DNA of 63,231 nucleotides, filler included, from Reticulomyxa filosa (Eukaryota; Protista; Foraminifera), in assembly GCA_000512085.1 (NCBI GenBank). It is 22 parts of 22 records of this genome, joined end to end, with 100 filler letters (N's around TTAATTAATTAA, not from the genome) between each part and the next. Parts side by side here need not be neighbours in the genome. Positions count along the whole stretch, not along the records: positions 1 to 5,578 come from ASPP01012702.1; positions 5,679 to 9,185 come from ASPP01000248.1; positions 9,286 to 10,592 come from ASPP01014285.1; 19 more parts are not named here. One strand, 5' to 3'. This document shows positions 1-10,692 of this stretch, one piece after another. The notes beneath the pieces were generated by a model that made no database searches, was not told the origin of the DNA, and worked only from the letters and a program-made list of their open reading frames with translations. The stretch's first letter is position 1. Each line of letters starts with the position of its first letter. The translations under genes were made by a program, and so were the position numbers.

Positions 1-469
1 TTTTCACCCAATCAAAAAAAAAAAAAGAAATAAAATGTAAAACAATTGCGATATACACAATACACAAACGCATACACAGATATAAATTTGATGATATGAA
101 AGATTGTGGATTGGTTAGTGAGCATTTTTGCAGGCCTAGCTGCTTCAAACATTTTGTCCTTGTTTTTTTTTTTTTTTTGGAAATCGTTGAAATACTTACT
201 ATAGCCAATTTTCCATTTAAATTTTCTTTTCTTTGATTGGAGATCACGCTTTCCTTTAATCTATACATGTTTATCTTCTTAAGTAAAAAGAATTTTAAAT
301 TAGAAAAGGACAAACTGTTTTCGTCTTAGGTTATAGTGAATGTACACAAAACAAATTCATTCTCCAATCAACTTGATATTTCCATAAATCGTTTGCAATC
401 CATTTAAAGTTTCACAAATACATTCGTTTGCCACAAATTTTTCTCATTTTTATCTTAAAGTGGCTTTAT

Positions 470-3400
470 TGTTCATTGAGCGTCCTTCTGTTTCGGTGTG
501 CTCAGTAGAAGTGGAGGGGACAAACGGAGGAGAAAATCTCGAGTAAAAGCCTTCAGTTGTTTACACGGCAGCATGAAATCGTCATTGATGTTGGTGGCGC
601 TGCATGTATTGAATGTATTCCTCTCACTTGCGCTTAACGTCACAGCGAATACAAGTGAGACGGTCAAACAAAAACATTCTAATCAACATATCAATGTGAA
701 TATAATGGCAATATCATGTGGTACATTGTTCAATAACATGTGGAAACTGATATTTGAGCAATGCATACAATTATGCAACAACATGGCAAATACATCATCA
801 TTGCAAATTTCCAATAATAAATCGATTCAATCAACAAACCAAATTATACGTATTTTCCAAAGCACTCTAAGTGCAAATACAAAGCAGTCCAAAAAGAACT
901 GGCACTCCAAAAGTCGACAATAAGTATACTCATATCCATTTCAACCATACAACTGACAACACACAAATTGACACTCACATCAGCGATATTCAGGTACATA
1001 ACATTGACAGAAAGACTAAATTAGAAAAAAATGGTCATTAAACAAAAAGGGAAGGTTTACGTATATCAGGAAATAGGAAGTGGAGCAATGGATTGTGTAT
1101 GCCATTGATTTTATTTAGAAATGATTTTTTTAAAAAAAAACAAAACTAACAGCATATCGAAGAATAGCAAAGTGGATGTAATAATAAGCGTGCAATCATG
1201 GAATAGATCGTGCAACAGTCTGGAGCGAATATCGATTGCGAACATTGGCTGTAAATTGTTTTGGCACAACGTGGCAACAAACACCAACACTAACTGCAGC
1301 AGCACAATTTTTTTTTCCCCAAGTATCGCTGTATTATTCAAGCAATCATCAAGCGATCATCAAGCACACATTTGCGCAAGCCCAAATTGTCCAGGAGTTT
1401 GCCACAATTTTGAAAGCAGTATCAAATGTTATAATGTTAAATTCTTTTACTTCCTTTTTTTGTTAAAAACAAACAGACAAAAGCAAAACAAACAAAAATA
1501 GATAGCGCGACTGCGCAGTGCTGTTGACAAAAAAAAAAAAGAATGACGTATACTTGGAACGGTTTCTCAACCAGATGCAATTGCTGGCGCAAACTGTGGC
1601 GGCCAGTCCGTTGTTGGTATTCTATTGCACAAATATGCCTTTGTGATAGAGGCGCTGTAGCGCAAATGAGGAAAGTAGGCTACAACGCAGCCGACGAATA
1701 AGTTGGTCGTAGTGCCTATCCTCGTTTATGCAAATCAGCACTATGTTATCAAAGGCATTATACCATATGGCACTTAGCCTTTAACACAATGGTTTCGCTC
1801 AATGGATAAATTGGCCATCATTGCAAATACTATTCATCAACATGTTGCTCCAAACCATATATAAACATTTTCGAAATACTACGTCCCAATTACAGCTAAT
1901 TCAAACGTCGACAATACCACTGATATTGCCAAGTTATTTTGTTTTTTTCTTTGTTATTGTTCGATGATAGATTATTTTTTTGATTGTTATTGTGCATAGA
2001 AAATAATTGTCAAGAAGGGATTGCAAACATTGTGTGACAAATGGTAGTTGTGGTTCGCAATGAGATTGCAAATGGCCAAGCGAAGGTAAAATATTTTGTT
2101 TTATTATATCCAATTTATAACAATGTCTTGTGTGATCATTTGCAATAGGATAGCCCAATTGAATGAAAAGAAGAAAAAGAAAATGGGGTAGCAACCACCC
2201 CCGTCTCCGCAAGGAGGAAAAATGGTTTGTCCTATTTACTTTTTTTATATAAATATATTCAAATGTTGTGTATATTATATAGGTTCCCCCGTCACGCCAA
2301 AATTCATTTGTTACCCCTCTCCACACACACAAAAATAATTATGATCATGGGGTCGAAGTCTACCCCGTTGGCAAAAAAACAAAAAAAGGTTTGTGTATGT
2401 TTTTTATTTTTTTAGATATGTATACCTTTGTATAAAATGTTTGTTTGTCTTGTGATAAATAGGAATTCCCCCTCAAATAAAACCTATATTTGTGTATTTG
2501 TATTTACTTGTCCCTTCCAAAAAAAAAACAAACTTGAATTGCCGTACCACAGGAAAAAAGGAATTCGTTGATCGTCCCAATTCGTGATAGTTATAGCTAT
2601 ATTTTTTGTTTGTCTTTTAAAAATTATATAGTTTGTTTGTGTCTGCACATAGGTATCAAGTGCATCAAAAAGATGTGTGTGAATTTCTTTGGGGGTGTTG
2701 GGAAAAAATAAAATAATAAGGGGGTGGGAAAAAAAGGGAGTAATAAAATAAAAAATGAAAAAAATGGGAAAATAAAAAAAAATACATAACAAAAAAAAAA
2801 TGATGTAATAATAAAAAAAAAAGAATTAAAAAAAATGAAATAATAAATAGAAAAATGGGGGGAAAAAAAATGTAGTAATAAAAAAAAAAGGACAAATAAT
2901 GAAAAAGAAAAAAAAAAAAGTATAATGAAAAAAAAAGAAAGAAAAAAAAAATAATGAAAGTGAAAAAGAAAAATGATTGTTATCCTGCGAGGATAGCAGC
3001 AAAGGTAAGTGGTGTATCCTTTTTTTTTATGTGTTTCTTTAAAAAAACATATTTTGAACATATTTACCACATTATAGAAATTCAGTCGGATTGCGCGCGA
3101 CGACAAAGACAATACGATCTTCCAAGTCATTCCAGATTTGTATTTTCGAAAATCGTATGGATTTGTGCAGCTCGAGCAAGTATCACAAAGAGTTGACGCA
3201 TTATTTATGAGTCAATGTTGGCCATGACCTCGACTTACACGACAAGACAAGTCAGTTTCAGTAGCAATGGTAGCATATTTCCAGATGTATATTGTATTCT
3301 TATCATGTGTAATATATCTTGATCAAAACAATGTGCACATAACCTTTTTATTGTACAGGTGTGGAATGAATCAAAGAGAAAGGGAAAAAGCAGAATAGTC

Positions 3401-4700
3401 AACGAAGATGAAAAAGAGACCAACGATACGTGGAGTCGTTTCCAAGATATAATGGTATGAACTTCGTGTGTAGGATAATAAAGTGTGATATTTGCAATTT
3501 GATTGCAAAAAACAGCGGCCATTGTCATCAACGAAGAGTGGAAGGAAATGATTCAATGATGGAATGCCTTTGAAAGAATATTGGGGTTAAAGAAACATTG
3601 ATTGCCTTTGTCTTCCTAAACAATTTGCATTAACTATTGTTTTTGTGTTTACATCAACTATAATACACTAAGTCTATTGCTGGCATAGGTGGTGGAATCG
3701 CAAATGAAGAAGAAGAAGAAATGGATACACAGAAATACAAAATCAAACCTGGAACGGATGCGTCACAAAACTACAACAAAAATGTGACGTGCAAGCAATA
3801 TACCAAAAGTAATAATGTGGGCCTATTGTCAGTGCGAAAGATGCATGAAGATGTTGGACTGGTCTACAATATCGGAAGTAAGATCTCCAATCGATCAATA
3901 CATATTTGTGGATATTATCCAAATCAAGAAATAAAGGCCATTTTTTTTGCATTGCACAAACTATCAGTACCACATTCTGTCGTTATAATAATGACTGCGT
4001 TCTCAAAGGTCGCTAGTCTCACCAATAAATAAACAGTCCTGCAATTGTAAACACAAAATCGATCCATCATTCCGCGTTGAAACAATACCGGCCCCTTGGC
4101 AAATTCTACGTCATCAAAAGTAGAAGGAGATCAATTGATTGAATTCAATTTGCAAAAAGTAGCTATCTCTTTATCTTTCTTTAATCATCTTTAATTGGTG
4201 TGTTATTCTTGTATATATGTACATAATAAATATATATATGTATATAGATTTGAAACAGCAAAAGTCGTTGTCCAAGTGAAAGCTTTAGAGATTATACATT
4301 ATATGTCCAGAGCATAGTCAGCGTGCAAATACGTAGTATTCGATATCTTATTGTGGATAGTGGATTGTATTGGCACTATTTATGAACTCCTCGATAACGT
4401 GTTACTCAAATTGCCTCATACCCAAATCATGTTGCCACGCGCAATCAACTATCGAACATGGCACTCGACTGACATTGATTCCAACTTGTTATATCGTCAA
4501 GTAAATGTAAGCTTTCTGGGAAAGAATTGAATGCAATTGCATTTATTAATGTCCAGAAAACAAGCATTTTTGAATCGGCTCCACAAATTTATCAATTGGT
4601 AAGCCACAATTAGATTACCAATATTAAAATGTAACAGTATCTGAGCCACCACCAAGTAAAACAAGACGATGTGAACCTAATCAATTAACATAATGTACAC
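470..4700 (+). pseudogene. Decayed multi-exon gene of unknown product
   Basis: Exon-like, moderately GC blocks (e.g. NDVYLERFLNQMQLLAQTVAASPLLVFY near 1542; VWNESKRKGK...EEWKEMIQ*WNAFERILG near 3360-3590) are flanked by GT..AG AT-rich intron-like tracts and broken by TAA/TAG/TGA stops and frame changes. No recognisable domain. Confidence 0.35.
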
Positions 4701-5578
4701 AATTTTGACTCTTTCTTCTCTTGGTATGTTGCGATCACAATTCAAACGGATTGCTTTGTGGTACATTCATGAATCTACCCATGTAATAGGTACAATCCAG
4801 AAAGGCAGCTTTATCATAGTTGTGGTGAATGCAAATACAAATTGTGCTGGATAGAGGGAATATTCGAGTAAATGTGATCAGTCATAGAAGGTCTACATTG
4901 CTTTTATCATATGTTTAGTTGTTGTGGTATGTCGTAATCAAAACAATATGAACATTGATCTTTTAGGTTTCGATTGAAATAAAAATATATAGAAAAGTAT
5001 ATTACAAAGAAAAAAAATATCGATCAAATTTATGAATTATGTCAAGATATATAACAATTGCTCATGAATCGTCAAGATGAACTTTCAAGAGAAGCAAGTG
5101 GACAGCATAAATAAAGAGAATTGACATAATCAATAACTAAAAAGTGTTGACATGTGTCGCCAAAATTATTAATTGATATGAATGATACTAATGGAAGCGA
5201 AGAACAATGACAATAAACATTATGTACTTATGACCACACAATCACATCCAACTTGGCACACAAAACTTTCAACCAAGCACTCGATATGCCAATTAATCAA
5301 ATATCCAACGTTGTTATTCAAATATGTTTGTTGTTATGTATATATTGCTCCCAATGCTGATACACCAAAGATTCGTGGAAACATTTCCGATGTAGAATTG
5401 GTATTATCCGTGTTGATTTGGTGGAGTATATCAAAATTTTGGTATATTAATATTGGATTGTAAAAGAATCTTGGATATCGTCGTCAAGGGAGATTAGCAG
5501 GAAATAATATTGAATTGGATGATTTAGATTGCCTTTGAAAGAGTTAAAACAACATAATTACTTTTTTTTTTTTTTTTT

Positions 5579-5678
5579 NNNNNNNNNNNNNNNNNNNNNN
5601 NNNNNNNNNNNNNNNNNNNNNNTTAATTAATTAANNNNNNNNNNNNNNNNNNNNNNNNNNNNNNNNNNNNNNNNNNNN
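5579..5678. other. Artificial contig-joining linker (first of 21); others start at 9186, 10593, 15565, 17095, 21069, 27765, 29670, 32011, 33307, 37052, 38251, 44614, 47456, 50015, 52201, 53417, 56261, 57790, 59677, 61703
   Basis: Each is N44-TTAATTAATTAA-N44, with stops in all six frames. GC content and gene content change abruptly across them. Confidence 0.98.
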
Positions 5679-5710
<32 letters not shown>

Positions 5711-5809
5711 TTGTATTTATGGAGACACAGTTTGAGAAATAACTAACCCCCTTAAAAAAAAAAAAAAAAAAACTTTGTTTTTTTTTTTTTAAAAAATGCC
5801 TCATTATAG

Positions 5810-6630
5810 GTCTCACCCTATGCCAAATCGAAAACAATAGCCGAAAAAACAGCAATTGAGTTTGTTGAAAAACATAAACACCCATTCGAATTGGTTACCA
5901 TTCATCCTGGTGCGGTGATTGGTCCTTTATTGAACGATCGCACTTCGCTGAGTATGGACGTGCTTCTAAAAACGTTAAATGGAGACTTTCCCGCAATACC
6001 CTACGTGCAATGGGGGGTTGTTGATGTTCGTGATGTTGCCGCTGCTCATATCAGTGCACTCACTGCTCTTCATGCAGCTGGAAAAAGTACATATTGGTGA
6101 ATGAGTGCGTATGGCACGAGGATATTGTTACTGTTACGTAATTTATATATATAAATACATATATGTATATACATATATATATTATATTTTTTTTTTTATG
6201 TGCTAAAAAAAAGGGGGGGGGGGGGGGAGTGGTGAACTTTTTTTAGTTGATAAGACCAAATATGGCAACTTGGGATAATCCAATTCCAACTACAAGAGCA
6301 CCAAAAATGGTACTCCAATTTTTGGGATATTTCGATGTGGATGTGCGTACTGTTGTTGTACCTAGCCATGGACTAAAGCGATTTATTGATCGTCGTCCTT
6401 CGGTCGAAGACCTCGGCATTTGTTATCGGCCAATTCAAGAAAGTGTTATAGAGGGATGTGAAAATCTCATCAAAAAGAAAATTGCAAAGCCGCCTGTTTC
6501 TCAACGCAGGCGACTTGTTCGTAAACTCCTTCTCACTGGAGTCGCTTTGGGGATTGCAACTGGGTCGGTCTATTTGATCGGTGGAAAAGAAAAATTTGAT
6601 AACATCAAGAAAAAGATTTTGAATACATGA
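5810..6630 (+). CDS. Extended SDR / dihydroflavonol reductase-like NAD(P)-dependent oxidoreductase, 3' part, with C-terminal hydrophobic tail
   Basis: The exon from 5810 reads VSPYAKSKTIAEK (YxxxK catalytic motif), then VTIHPGAVIGP and VDVRDVAAAHI. There is a 1-bp frameshift in the A5 run at 6082-6086 (restored frame YILVNECVWHEDIVT), a GT-AG intron at 6133-6246 and a TGA ending at 6630. Confidence 0.85.
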
Positions 6631-7297
6631 AAACAACATTGCACTTTGTTGCACAGTTTTTTTTAATACGTTGACTTTCAATAGCAAAAAAGGCCTTTCT
6701 TCTCAAATAAGATAATAAAAATTTTTCTAAAAAAAAGTAAATTACAATTGTGAAAAGAAGAGATTGTTAAATGTACAAAAAAAGTTACACAAAAAAGAGA
6801 CACCAAATTTATTATTACTATTGAAGCAGTTTTTTGTTTCTTTTTTGAAAGGGAGAGAGCAGCCGAAACAAAAATTTACTAATCATTTTTTGAACGATAC
6901 TGTCAAGTTTTTTCTTTAGGATCTACGTTTAAAATCTTGGCCACGATAATACAGGATATGAACTTGTGGATACTTGCAATAAGAAGAGATTGCAAACTGC
7001 CTCTGTTCTTTGACGTGGATTGATCTTTGATACCACCTTTGGAGATCAGTCTTTCATCCAGCTATTGCCATTACAATTATTATCATTATTGCCACAAGAA
7101 TTACGATTGCCATCACCATTATGATTACAACATACCACCACCATCGTCATCACGCCACTAGAATACGCATACCCGGAATTGAAGCGGACCGACACTCGGA
7201 CGATGATGAATGATTTTATGTACAAATATATAAAGATACATGAAAAAAAAGAGATTGATAGCGATAGACAATGATTAGGTGGTGGAGTATTCATTTA

Positions 7298-7747
7298 CGC
7301 TATGGAGACTCATGGTATGTTGGATAAACCAACAACCACCTCTCAACATCGCGAGTCGGGAGAATCGTAATGGTTGATGTGTACCTCTCAACAGTCACTA
7401 TTTTAAATAGCCGGAGACTTGTAGTGATTAACACCTACCTCTCAACAGTCGCTATTTAAATAGCCGGAGACTCATAGCATCAAAGCACATTACCTCTCTA
7501 CCGACTATTATCGCTGGAGAACTAGTAATGAGGGTCTGCCAGTGTCCTTACCATCATTACCTCTCGACGGCCTTTCTTGGCTGAAGACTCGTAGTGGCTG
7601 ACACTCTACCTCTCACAGTCAATTTTTTTAAATTTTTTATTTTTATTTTTTTTAATTTACTTATTTATTTATTTATTTATTCATTGCCGGAGACTCGTAA
7701 TGATTGGGTAGGTACATCTGCACAACCTCAACATTACTCTCACAGCC
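7298..7747. repeat. Array of seven tandem imperfect inverted-repeat (hairpin) units with variable loops and linkers
   Basis: Units at about 7298-7353, 7355-7396, 7410-7450, 7463-7505, 7513-7572, 7577-7622 and 7686-7746. Consensus GCYG-GAGA-CTC-GTARTG-[variable]-CAYTAC-C-TCTC-AA-CAGTC. Confidence 0.85.
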
Positions 7748-8544
7748 TTTAATTTACTCCCTCTTCACCTACTCATTATCATAACATCCCCTTCTTCATC
7801 TCCAACACCTTTATATATCCTACATAAACTCATTGCAATTGTCGTCGTCGTGCCATTAACATTGCGAACAGAAACGAGACAGTACAATCATGAGCCACAT
7901 GACTGTAACAATCGACTCCAGCTTATCTATGCCATTTGTTCATCTCAATACTTGGCTCCAATGTTTTGTTTATTAAAATGAAAGGCAAATACAAAAATAA
8001 ATTTGATTTTTTTTATGAAACTGAAAAGCGAATAAATTAAAAAAAAAAAAAAAAAAGAGCTTATTGAAACAATCTTGAGTCTATTATGACCCCAACTGTT
8101 TCCAATATTATTAACGTTTTTCACATTCATCATGCTTCTAACGTTTCTAATGTCTTTCTACCTCATAACTGTGGATAATGCAAACAACTCTTGATATCGT
8201 ACATTCACTTATACCAACACAATAGCAATGCGATTGAATTTATGACATATACTCAATTCGAAAATGAGTGTTGTTGATATTATTTACTAATGTTTTATCT
8301 TCATCTTAAAGCATTAAAATAAAAGTTTTGCATTGTCAAGAATCATTTACTTTTTTAACAATTTGAATTGTACATTTGCAGTTCTTTTTTTGTTTCATTT
8401 CCACGTAAAAGTAATTAAAAATATGTTTTCATTTGTAAGCAGTATTTTGGTGGAATCATCTGCTTCAGCTTCTCAAAAGAGACAAACACTGTGGGGCTTT
8501 CAGTTTCAAGATAAAATTCACATTTCAACAAGATTTCAATAATA

Positions 8545-9185
8545 ATGTTTCGATCTAAACAGCAGCGCGCAGACACAATTGGACTCATGTCATCGCCAGA
8601 TGAGAGCGGCAATGACAATGGAACACCCATTGGCAAAGCGTGGACATATCAAGAAGACATGGACACCGAGCACGAGAAGGTCCCAGAAAGGAACGAAAAA
8701 TCAAGACACAAAGAATTTGCGTCAGCGGACATTACAATGCCAGATTCCGTCGTTTACCTCGATCCCATAGAGGAGCTTCACAAAGGGACTGCCCTGGTGT
8801 GCAAACTTTTTCTTTGTCTTTCTTTTTAGACCGAAAAGGCTCTTAATATACATATGTATATGAAAGTTGCGAAATTCGCGGTGGCATTATTATCAGCTGT
8901 CAAATGACAACTCTCGTTTGCAATGGTATTCGAGCGCAAAGCCGTTATCGGAAACTTGCTTGTACTTGAGTAGCTTTGAGTCAGTGAAAAATGCGGAAGA
9001 CGAAAGCCGCTCTTCTAAGACATTTTGTATAACGTATACCGAGTCATCAAAAAAAAAAGAATTGCAATTGGAATGCAAGACGCCATTGCAATGCAAGATT
9101 TGGGTGGAAACGTTAGCGTGGTTGCTAAAGAAAATGCAGACAGCAAATCGAAAAAGTTCAATTAAAGAGGAAAAGGAAAAGGAAA
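8545..9185 (+). CDS. PH-domain protein, 5' part
   Basis: The phase-0 intron 8797-8866 joins IEELHKGTAL to LRNSRWHYYQLSNDNSRLQWYS...FCITY...LECKTPLQCKIWVETLAWLL, a PH pattern ending in the Trp-containing helix. It runs off the contig. Confidence 0.7.
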
Positions 9186-9285
9186 NNNNNNNNNNNNNNN
9201 NNNNNNNNNNNNNNNNNNNNNNNNNNNNNTTAATTAATTAANNNNNNNNNNNNNNNNNNNNNNNNNNNNNNNNNNNNNNNNNNNN

Positions 9286-9681
9286 TTTCGGCGAGGCCAG
9301 CTCGGCCGTGAGCAGCGCCGCCGCCTCGGGCTTGAACAGGATCCTGGTCTCGAAATCGAGGCCGGGCGACAGGCCGAGATAGGCGTGCGTCGGCCGCGCG
9401 AAGCAGTAGATGCAGCCATGCTCGCAGCCGCGATAGGGATTGATCGAGCGGTCGAACGGAATGTCCGGCGAGCTGTTGCGCGCGATGATGGTGCGGGTGG
9501 CATCCTTCGTCAGCGTCGTGCGCAGCGGCGGCAGCTCGTCCTCGATGTCCCAGCCGTCGTTGGTGCGGATGCGCTTCTCGTCGTCATAGCGGCTGGTCGC
9601 GTTGCTGAGCGCCCCGCGCCCGTTGTGCTGCGGCTCGGCGATCTGGTCGTCCGGATAGAGCGGCGGGACGGGCTCTTTCAT
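9286..9681 (-). CDS. Bacterial radical SAM protein, PA0069/Rv2578c (spore photoproduct lyase-like) family, 5' part
   Basis: GRGALSN...SPDIPFDRSINPYRGCEHGCIYCFARPTHAYLGLSPGLDFETRI with the CxxxCxxC motif. GC-rich and intronless. Start at 9681 (alternative 9693). Confidence 0.92.
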
Positions 9682-9694
9682 ATGCCGAGTCATA

Positions 9695-9709
9695 GAACAA
9701 AAAGAGAAC
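9695..9709 (-). promoter_or_regulatory. Alphaproteobacterial LexA (SOS) box GTTC-N7-GTTC within a sigma70-like promoter
   Basis: The + strand reads GAAC-AAAAAGA-GAAC. On the - strand, TTGACT (9716-9711) precedes it and TATGAC follows it, just upstream of the radical SAM start. Confidence 0.8.
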
Positions 9710-9770
9710 GAGTCAAGCCACTGTCTCTAGCGGTTCATTGCTCCGGATAGGACACCCCTAGAAAGGGATC

Positions 9771-10237
9771 ATGACCACCATCGAGTTACGCCCCGCCCGC
9801 CCCGAGGATCGAGACTTCCTGCACAGCCTCTCGCCGCGCCTGTCCGGCGTGCCCGGCCCGCCTGGCACGACCTGGCCGCCATGGAAGGCTTCCAGGACCG
9901 CTACATGGAAGCGACCTTCGCCAAGGTCGACCCGGCGGCACAGACCCTCGTTGCCTGGTCGGCCGACGGAAAGCGCCTCGGTTACATCCATATGCGTCCG
10001 TTCAAGGACGGGGTAACGGACGAGCCCTGCGGCTATGTCTCGTTGCTGGCGCTTACCGAGGAGGCCGAGGGCCGGGGCATCGCGCACCTGATGATGCAGG
10101 CGGCCGAGAGCTGGGCCCGCGCACAGGGCTACCGCTTCCTCTGCCTCGACGTGTTCGCCGACAATCGCCACGCCGTGGAGTTCTACGAGCGCCGCGGCTT
10201 CCAGACCGAAACGCTGCGCATGGTGAAGCCGCTCTAG
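9771..10237 (+). CDS. Bacterial GNAT-family N-acetyltransferase (apparent 1-bp frameshift near 9855-9862)
   Basis: RBS GAAAGGGA; N-terminus IELRPARPEDRDF; motif A AEGRGIA; C-terminus LDVFADNRHAVEFYERRGF. The two ORFs join as ...GVPGP/AWHDLAAMEGF. Confidence 0.88.
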
Positions 10238-10328
10238 CCACTCCGCATATTTATACCATGGGTTGCACCTATATTATAGAATACAATCTACTATGGCTGC
10301 TGACGCCTATCTATTTGAGAGACAGCAG

Positions 10329-10592
10329 ATGGCAGATATTGAGGTCAGGACTGCGAGTCACGATGACATCGATTTCATCGCCAAGCTCGCGCCGCCGGAG
10401 GATGAGGAGCTCACTTCGCAAGCCCGTCTCACCGTAGAAGGGGCCTCGACGGCCGATAATTCTGCGATCTTCATCGCCGTGGGCGGCGATGGACGGCGCC
10501 GGGGTTACATCCATTTATTCCCGGAGAGGGACGACTCAGAAGAAGAGCCTCGCCGCTATGTTATGCGAGTCGCCTCGATATATCAGCCCGAG
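10329..10592 (+). CDS. Second GNAT-like protein (paralog of the upstream gene), 5' part
   Basis: IEVRTASHDDIDFIAKLAP and IFIAVGGDGRRRGYIHLFPERD align with IELRPARPEDRDFLHSLSP and TLVAWSADGKRLGYIHMRPFKD. Truncated by the contig end. Confidence 0.65.
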
Positions 10593-10692
10593 NNNNNNNN
10601 NNNNNNNNNNNNNNNNNNNNNNNNNNNNNNNNNNNNTTAATTAATTAANNNNNNNNNNNNNNNNNNNNNNNNNNNNNNNNNNNNNNNNNNNN

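Noticed and set aside
2484-3130. Phe-rich 'membrane protein' ORFs on the minus strand
   Set aside because: They are the complement of an A/G homopolymer-inflated tract that looks like a low-quality read segment.
470-4700. Stop-codon reassignment explaining the interrupted frames
   Set aside because: All three stops and frameshifts occur, and conserved genes end normally at TAA (V-ATPase), TAG (RPS27) and TGA (SDR, Kelch).
5623-5634. Recurring palindrome TTAATTAATTAA as a biological repeat
   Set aside because: Always centred in 44+44 Ns; it is an artificial six-frame-stop linker. ORF-track entries ending in X...LIN are artefacts.
7382-7450. Hammerhead ribozyme (minus-strand CUGUUGAG) or single-hairpin H/ACA guide (plus-strand ACA-GUC)
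   Set aside because: The hammerhead core needs CUGANGA plus GAAA, and both fail. The ACA is mutated in units 4 and 5 and there is no proper bipartite pocket. Not supportable without a CM search.
7298-7747. CRISPR array interpretation of the hairpin array
   Set aside because: Repeats are degenerate and of two alternating types, spacer lengths are very uneven, there are no cas genes, and the contig is eukaryotic.
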